Assembly (NCBI GenBank): GCA_964394085.1
Contig: CAYMWF010000024.1
Span: forward strand, 20,749 to 52,748
Source: an uncultured Gemmatimonadota bacterium
GTDB taxonomy: Bacteria; GCA-2686955; CAYMWF01
DNA: 32,000 bases
Direction: 5' to 3'
In this document: positions 26,385 to 32,000 of the stretch, in pieces
Layout of the letters: each line of letters starts with the position of its first letter
How positions within the stretch are numbered: position 1 is the first letter of the stretch
Translations under genes and position numbers: made by a program
Notes under the pieces: generated by a model
Databases searched by the model: none
The model's input: the letters and a program-made list of their open reading frames with translations, nothing else
Told to the model about the DNA's origin: nothing

Positions 26385-26425
26385 CCGGTTCAGGTTTTGA
26401 CCGTCCGAGAACCGGTTCTTTTTCT
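26385..26425 (+). terminator. rho-independent terminator candidate after the 25224-26370 cassette
   Basis: CCGGTTC (26385-26391) pairs with GAACCGG (26409-26415) around a 17-nt loop. A T-rich tract TTCTTTTTCT (26416-26425) follows directly. It lies 15 nt after the stop at 26370. Confidence 0.45.
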
Positions 26426-26481
26426 ATCAGGCTCCACTGAGAATCCGGAACACGTTTAAACAGCCGGAGGGGAGGGAAGGT

Positions 26482-27516
26482 TTGCAGAAACCGGGAACGA
26501 CCGAGGATATTTTCAGCCTTCTCGATTCTTCCCTGGCGTCGGTTGCGGTCGGGGCCGCCCTGGAAACCGGGCTTTTCAAGCTGCTTTCGGAAAAATCGCT
26601 GGATGTCGCCGGCGTGGCGGATAACCTCGGTATCCCCTTGAACCGCTGCTCCTACTGGCTGCAGTATCTCGAAAGCCTGGGTTTACTGAGAACGATTTCC
26701 GGCCGCTATTCTCCGACCGCAGTCACGCGGAAGAAGATCCTCGAAACCTACAGTACGGAAACCTGGGCCTATCTCGCCCGCGAAGCCCGCGAAAGGTTCG
26801 GAATGGCGCAGGAGCTGGCCCTGCGGATCATCGAACCGGAAAAGCTTCCGTCTTCACGGGAGCCCGCCCCGCCCGACTACTTCAGACAGATGCTTGAATC
26901 TCCCCGGAAAGCCCGCGAATTCACCCGGATGCTCTGCGAGATCCATGAGCCCCTGGCCGAGGAGGTTGCCCTTCATCTCGATATGGAAGGTGTAAAAACC
27001 CTTCTCGACCTCGGCGGCGGTTCAGGAGTCATCTCTTTTTCGCTGCTGCGCCGCCATCCCGGGTTGACGGCCGCAGTGGCGGATATTCCGAACGTATGCG
27101 CGGCGGGAAGGGAGATTGCAGCCGAAAAAGGTATGGAAGATCGCATCTCCTACCTCGAGCGCGACTTTATCCTCGACGACCTTCCGGGCGGGTTCGACAT
27201 GGTTTTGAAATGCGATGTGGGTCACAATACCGAAACACTGTTCCGGAAATTGAGGAAGACGCTCAACCCGGGAGGCCGCCTGGTGGTGGTCGGCAAGTTC
27301 GCCGTCGCCGAAAAAAGGGCTCACCCCACCCGTATACACTGGGCGTTCCTCAGTTCACTCGAAAGCGAAAAAATGAGCCTTTTGACACCCGCCGATATCC
27401 GGTCCCGCCTGGAAGGCGCAGGTTTTGAATACCTGTCCCTCGATCTGTTGCCGTCGAGAACGGAGGAGCGGTGGTCGGAAGGCTGGGAACTCATCGAAGC
27501 CCGGAAGTATCCGTAG
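26482..27516 (+). CDS. class I SAM-dependent O-methyltransferase with N-terminal winged-helix dimerisation domain
   Basis: SAM motif I LLDLGGGSGVISFSLL, and post-I GGRLVVVG. The N-terminal LETGLFKLLSEKSLDVAGVADNLGIPLNRCSYWLQYLESLGLL is typical of small-molecule O-MTs. TTG start directly after GGAGGGGAGGGAAGG. Confidence 0.8.
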   Translation: MQKPGTTEDIFSLLDSSLASVAVGAALETGLFKLLSEKSLDVAGVADNLGIPLNRCSYWLQYLESLGLLRTISGRYSPTAVTRKKILETYSTETWAYLAREARERFGMAQELALRIIEPEKLPSSREPAPPDYFRQMLESPRKAREFTRMLCEIHEPLAEEVALHLDMEGVKTLLDLGGGSGVISFSLLRRHPGLTAAVADIPNVCAAGREIAAEKGMEDRISYLERDFILDDLPGGFDMVLKCDVGHNTETLFRKLRKTLNPGGRLVVVGKFAVAEKRAHPTRIHWAFLSSLESEKMSLLTPADIRSRLEGAGFEYLSLDLLPSRTEERWSEGWELIEARKYP

Positions 27517-27571
27517 AAGCGAATTTCCGACGCGGTCGCCCGCGGCTTCGGTTCAAGAGTCAGGAAGCAGC

Positions 27572-28444
27572 ATGCTCGAGTTGAAAATCCGCAATCTGGA
27601 TAAAACTTATGCCAACGGTGTTCAGGCTGTAAAGAATGTCTCGCTCGATATCCCGACCGGCCTGTTCGGTCTTCTCGGACCTAACGGCGCCGGTAAAACC
27701 ACCCTCATGAAAATAATCGCCACGCTGCTCGAACCCGACGGGGGCGAAATCAGGGTCGGGGGCATCGACGTTCTGAACCAGAAGCTCGAATTGAAGAGGA
27801 TACTGGGATACCTCCCGCAGGAATTCGGCTTCTATGCGAAAGACAGCGCTTACGCGCTGCTCGATCATTTCACCCTGCTCAAGGGGGTGAGGGACGGGAA
27901 GGCGCGCCGAAGGAAGGTGGAGGAGCTGCTGAAGAGGGTGAACCTCTGGAACGAGCGGAAGCAGAAGCTCGGCACCTTCTCCGGCGGGATGAAACAGCGT
28001 TTCGGCATCGCCCAGGCGCTGGTCGGGAACCCGAAACTGATCATCGTCGATGAGCCGACCGCGGGGCTGGACCCTGCCGAGCGGAACCGGTTTCACAATC
28101 TCCTGAGCGAGATCGGCGAAAATATCATCGTAATCCTGTCGACGCACATCGTCGACGATGTCAGCGATCTATGCACCAACATGGCTATTATGGATAACGG
28201 TGAGATCATTCTCCACGAAGAGACTTCCGCGGCGATTTCGGCGTTGAAGCAAAAAATCTGGGAGAGGCCGGTTCCCAAGTCCGAGCTGCCTGAATTCGAA
28301 AGCCGGTACCGGCTCCTCTCCACCCGGCTCTTCGGAGGTGAAACATTCATCCGAATCCGGAGCGACGAAAATCCGGGCAACGGTTTCAAATCCGTGGAAA
28401 CATCCCTGGAAGATGTATATTTCCACCACTTGAAACGAACTTGA
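27572..28444 (+). CDS. ABC transporter ATP-binding protein
   Basis: I prefer the ATG at 27572 (AGGAAG at 27562-27567), because the track start at 27425 would overlap the methyltransferase. Walker A GPNGAGKTT, Q-loop LPQE, signature FSGGMKQR, Walker B LIIVDEPTAGLD, H-loop STHIV. Confidence 0.9.
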   Translation: MLELKIRNLDKTYANGVQAVKNVSLDIPTGLFGLLGPNGAGKTTLMKIIATLLEPDGGEIRVGGIDVLNQKLELKRILGYLPQEFGFYAKDSAYALLDHFTLLKGVRDGKARRRKVEELLKRVNLWNERKQKLGTFSGGMKQRFGIAQALVGNPKLIIVDEPTAGLDPAERNRFHNLLSEIGENIIVILSTHIVDDVSDLCTNMAIMDNGEIILHEETSAAISALKQKIWERPVPKSELPEFESRYRLLSTRLFGGETFIRIRSDENPGNGFKSVETSLEDVYFHHLKRT

Positions 28445-28458
28445 AAACGGGCGAAGGT

Positions 28459-31400
28459 ATGTTCTGGATAATCTTCCGGAAAGAATTCAAAAGGCTGCTG
28501 TTCAGCCTGCCTTTTCTCATTTTCTGGTGTCTCTTCGTTCTCATAACCTACATGACCGTTTCAAATATGAACCCGGGCACCATAATCATGGGCATCTCTT
28601 ACGGCAAGGAGATGCACAACGCACCCCTGGTCATCGCCCGCATCTTCTCCATCCTGACGGTTACGGGCCTGCTCTTTTCCCTGATCCTGATCGGCAGATC
28701 CGTGAACAGGGATTTCGACGCCCGGATCCACGATTTCTTCTTCACCATCCCGATGAGCAGGCTCGATTACCTGGGCGGGCGGTTCTGCGGGGGCCTGGCC
28801 GCCAACCTCGCTCTTTTCACGGCCGTTATTGCCGGGGTGATTCTCGGATGTCTCCCGCTGGAAGCGAAGTACTGCGCACCATTCAGTTTTTCTGCGTTCC
28901 TGCTGCCGATTCTTATCCTGGTTCTCCCGAACCTGCTCCTGATCGGGGGTATCTTCTTTTCGCTGGCGGTATTGAGCCGGAAGATGATCCTGACGTACGT
29001 CAGCGGCGTTCTCTTCTTGATGATTTACGTGTTCGTCCTCGGAGGTTTCGCCCGCAGCGAGAGCGATCTCCTGAGGATCCTGGGAGATCCTTTCGGGGTG
29101 ATGACTCTGACCGAGCTGACGAAATTCTGGACGGTTGCGGAGATCAATACGAACCGGATGCCGCTCGCCGGCCTCCTTTTCGTCAACAGGATAATCTGGC
29201 TCGGCGTGGCTTCGGGCTTTCTTCTATTCGCTTTCAGAAGGTTCGAATTCGTAACCGACCTCGAAACCCGGAAAAGAAAAAGCTCCACACCCGGCGAGGC
29301 GGTCCCGGAATCGAGAAGGGTAAGGTCGCTGGGTGATATCGAAGATTCGATACTCGAATACTCTTTCACCGCGCAGCTCGCCAAGATGTTCAGGAACGTC
29401 TCCATCGAATTCAGGAGGATTGTGTTCCATCCCGCCTTCCTGATTCTTACCTTCATGGCTATTACCGAGATACTTGCCAACTTCATCGGAAACATCGGCC
29501 AGACCGGCAATAACGAGTACCCGCTTACGGCCTGGTACCTGAGCCATGCCGACCATGTCTGGGCGTACATGATACCGGTGACCATTCTTTTCGGGGGATT
29601 GATCGTCTGGAGGGAGCGGGACAACGGCTCGAGCGGGTTCTTCGATACGGTTCCGGTGCCGGACTGGTTGAGCTGCCTCTCCAAGCTCCTGACTCTGATG
29701 AGCATACAGACATTCTACGTGGTTCTCGTCATCCTCGCCGGAATATGCACCCAGGTCTTCTATTTCGGCTTTTTCGACATCCAGCCGGATCTGTACATCA
29801 AGAAGATGTTCGGCATCGAGCTGATCAAATACTGGCACATGGCGATCCTGGTGCTGTTCATACAGAACCTGGTGCCGAACAGGTACCTGGGGTTCTTCCT
29901 GTGCGCCCTCTATTATGTCGCCGATCTCCTGATTTTCGGTGTTTTCAAGTATGAAAACATCCTCATGAGATACGGCGCCGTACCAAAGTATATATTCACG
30001 AACATGAACGGATACGGGCCGTACGCCGAAACCATATTCTGGTATACCGTCCACTGGGCGATGTTAGGACTGATACTGGTTTATATCTCGTCGATGCTGT
30101 GGCGGCGCAGCGATGAAACCCACCTGAAATACAGGATCAGGGGCGCTATCAAGAATCTCAGCAGTCATCGCGCGGCTTCCCTGCTGGTGTTAACGATTCT
30201 TTTTGTCGTATCCGGGGGATTCATCGGGTACAACAAGTATTTCCTGAACGATTATCTTTCGAAAAGAAGCGGACGGGCCCAGAGAGCCGCGTACGAGACG
30301 AAGTACGGAAAATTTGCGCATTTCCCCGGACCGAGCATCACGGGCGTCGATTTGAAAATCGATTTTTTTCCCGGAGAGAGAGAAATCGATATCAGGGGCT
30401 CTTACATACTGAAGAACAAGACCGCCGGGGTGATCGATACGATTTTCATCAGCCTGTCCGAGCGGGAGCTGGCCCGGATAAACAGGCTGGAGTTCACTCC
30501 GCGGGCGGACCTGACCTTCAAGGGGAAGGAATACGGTTTCAGGTGCTTCGAGCCTGAAAACCCTCTTTTGCCCGGCGAAGAAATCAAGCTTGAATTCGAT
30601 TTCGAAGTCGCTCCCAGGGGATTCTCCGAGAACAACCCGGTAGTCGAGGCGGCGAGGAACGGCAGCTCCCTTCTGCTGTCGGCGGGCACTCCGAAATTTT
30701 TCCCCGCGATAGGCTACTGCGAGCATGTCGAGCTCACAAAGAAACATGAGCGGAAGAAGCTGGGACTCCCTGAAAAAGCACTGAATCCGACCCTCGAGGA
30801 GTCGGACCCTTCGGAATGCTTCTGGCCTTCGGACCGGGCCCGTTTGAACGTCGTTCTCGGAACATGCGAAAGCCAGGTGGCTGTATCCAACGGCAGGCTT
30901 CTCGACCGATGGACCGAAAACGGGCGGAACTACTTCCATTACGGCTCGGATATACCGATGGCGAACGAGTTCGTGTTCGTTTCGGCGGAATATGAAATCG
31001 CCCGAGAAGAGTACAAGGGAATAAATATCGAAGTCTATTATGACAAGAAGCACGGATACAACATCCGGAGGATTATCGAAGGAGTCAAGGCTTCGCTCGA
31101 TTACAGCGTTTCGAACTACTGCCCCTTTCCGTACAAGGATGTAAAGATCGTCGAGATAACCGATTACATGTCGGGCGGCCTCGCGAGGTCTCAGCCGACC
31201 ATCTTCTCCTGGCGCGAAGACGGAGGGTTCCTGAGCCAGATCGACAATACCGAAGACGTGGACATGGTTTTCGGAATATGCACCCACGAGATGGCCCACC
31301 AGTGGTGGGGTTACATCGTGATGCCCGCCAGGTCGGAAGGCGCCTTCATGCTCACCGAAACCATGGCCCAATACGTCGAGATCATGTGCCTGGAAGATGA

Positions 31401-32000
31401 ATACGGCCGAAAGATGGCGGACAAGGAGCGGCGCCGTGAAATGAAAGAGTATCTCAAGAGACGGAAGAGCGATCGGGAGGGAGAGCGCCCCCTGATGAGG
31501 GCGAGCGAGAAGCAGCATTATATCAATTATCCGAAGAGCACCATCGTGATGTACGCCCTTCAGGATTATCTCGGTGAAGACCGGGTCAGCCTTGCCCTGC
31601 GGGGGATAACCGACGATTTCGGTCACCGGGAAGACTTGTTCGCCCGTTCTTCGGACGTGGTGCGGGCTTTCGAGAATATCGCCCCCGACAGCCTGCGGTA
31701 CCTTGTTTCCGACCTGTTCGAATATATCACCCTGTACGAAAACAGGGCGGACGAGGCGACCTTCGAAAGAGAAAAAAACGGCAAATACAAGGTCTTTCTA
31801 TCGGTATCCTCGAAGAAATTCCACGCGGACAGCCTCGGCGTCCAGGTGGAAGTGCCGCTGAATGACTATATCGAAGTAGGGGTTCTGGGAGAAGATGAGG
31901 AAGAACTCTACATGCGGAAGCGCAGATTCACGAAAGAAAAAATGGAATTCGAAATAGAGGTAGAAAAGCGACCGGTGAAAGCCGGCATCGATCCCCGTCT
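28459..32000 (+). CDS. ABC-2-type permease fused to M1-family zinc metallopeptidase (3' end outside the window)
   Basis: This ORF is not in the supplied track. My manual translation from ATG 28459 (GAAGG RBS, 14 nt after the ATPase stop) found no stop codon through 31998 (about 1180 codons). About 12 hydrophobic helices span aa 1-585 (e.g. LVIARIFSILTVTGLLFSLILIG, FSAFLLPILILVLPNLLLIGGIFF, LLTLMSIQTFYVVLVILAGI). An M1 domain follows, with HEMAHQWWG (HEMAH at 31285-31299) and a downstream LTETMAQY glutamate. Confidence 0.85.
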   Translation, partial: MFWIIFRKEFKRLLFSLPFLIFWCLFVLITYMTVSNMNPGTIIMGISYGKEMHNAPLVIARIFSILTVTGLLFSLILIGRSVNRDFDARIHDFFFTIPMSRLDYLGGRFCGGLAANLALFTAVIAGVILGCLPLEAKYCAPFSFSAFLLPILILVLPNLLLIGGIFFSLAVLSRKMILTYVSGVLFLMIYVFVLGGFARSESDLLRILGDPFGVMTLTELTKFWTVAEINTNRMPLAGLLFVNRIIWLGVASGFLLFAFRRFEFVTDLETRKRKSSTPGEAVPESRRVRSLGDIEDSILEYSFTAQLAKMFRNVSIEFRRIVFHPAFLILTFMAITEILANFIGNIGQTGNNEYPLTAWYLSHADHVWAYMIPVTILFGGLIVWRERDNGSSGFFDTVPVPDWLSCLSKLLTLMSIQTFYVVLVILAGICTQVFYFGFFDIQPDLYIKKMFGIELIKYWHMAILVLFIQNLVPNRYLGFFLCALYYVADLLIFGVFKYENILMRYGAVPKYIFTNMNGYGPYAETIFWYTVHWAMLGLILVYISSMLWRRSDETHLKYRIRGAIKNLSSHRAASLLVLTILFVVSGGFIGYNKYFLNDYLSKRSGRAQRAAYETKYGKFAHFPGPSITGVDLKIDFFPGEREIDIRGSYILKNKTAGVIDTIFISLSERELARINRLEFTPRADLTFKGKEYGFRCFEPENPLLPGEEIKLEFDFEVAPRGFSENNPVVEAARNGSSLLLSAGTPKFFPAIGYCEHVELTKKHERKKLGLPEKALNPTLEESDPSECFWPSDRARLNVVLGTCESQVAVSNGRLLDRWTENGRNYFHYGSDIPMANEFVFVSAEYEIAREEYKGINIEVYYDKKHGYNIRRIIEGVKASLDYSVSNYCPFPYKDVKIVEITDYMSGGLARSQPTIFSWREDGGFLSQIDNTEDVDMVFGICTHEMAHQWWGYIVMPARSEGAFMLTETMAQYVEIMCLEDEYGRKMADKERRREMKEYLKRRKSDREGERPLMRASEKQHYINYPKSTIVMYALQDYLGEDRVSLALRGITDDFGHREDLFARSSDVVRAFENIAPDSLRYLVSDLFEYITLYENRADEATFEREKNGKYKVFLSVSSKKFHADSLGVQVEVPLNDYIEVGVLGEDEEELYMRKRRFTKEKMEFEIEVEKRPVKAGIDPR

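Noticed and set aside
28527-30054. Track ORFs 28527..29336 (+, 269 aa), 29025..29705 (-, 226 aa) and 29224..30054 (-, 276 aa)
   Set aside because: They are out of frame or antisense relative to the permease-encoding frame that starts at 28459. That frame gives coherent TM helices. These translations are Arg/Pro/Gly-rich with no membrane or enzyme features.
30190-31626. 478-aa minus-strand ORF, the longest ORF the track lists in the right-hand 3.5 kb
   Set aside because: It lies entirely antisense to the plus-strand frame that encodes the M1 domain (HEMAHQWWG at 31285). Its translation is low-complexity and Arg/Gly/Val-rich with no recognisable motifs. It is a shadow ORF of a codon-biased gene.
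1-32000. Search for rRNA, tRNA, CRISPR repeats, IS or transposon ends, integrases and prophage genes
   Set aside because: Nothing was recognised. Intergenic regions are short (mostly under 160 nt), and the only long one (21161-21517) contains short dispersed motifs, not repeat-spacer structure or cloverleaf-capable sequence.

Overview
This is a gene-dense chromosomal segment (20 CDS plus 6 non-coding features called). It probably comes from an unidentified diderm bacterium, since it encodes a TonB-dependent receptor, an OmpA-family protein and several signal-peptide proteins. I recognised no rRNA, tRNA, CRISPR array, integrase or transposase. All functional calls rest on motif recognition by eye; no searches were run. 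Left third (646-9703), a single minus-strand run: a polytopic membrane protein with a C-terminal SGNH hydrolase, a very acidic HEAT-like protein, a DUF790/Bax1-like nuclease overlapping an XPB-type SF2 helicase, an M28 peptidase, and a Pmp-repeat beta-helix protein. Middle: two hybrid sensor kinases and a PAS-LuxR regulator surround a plus-strand unit (12620-17423) that ends in a 17-bp perfect hairpin. The unit encodes a secreted protein, two paralogous dynamin-like large GTPases with membrane segments, and a translationally coupled YgbA-like Cys-rich protein. I rate this unit the best candidate for an undescribed system. Right third: a TonB-dependent receptor, then a two-gene cassette whose first product resembles the aGPT-Pplase / 5-hmdU-kinase helical family of DNA hypermodification. 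After it come an O-methyltransferase, an ABC ATPase, and an ORF of more than 1180 codons (28459 to the window end) that is absent from the supplied ORF track. That ORF fuses a roughly 12-TM ABC-2-type permease to an M1 zinc peptidase. Several long track ORFs are antisense or out-of-frame shadows of these genes and are rejected.
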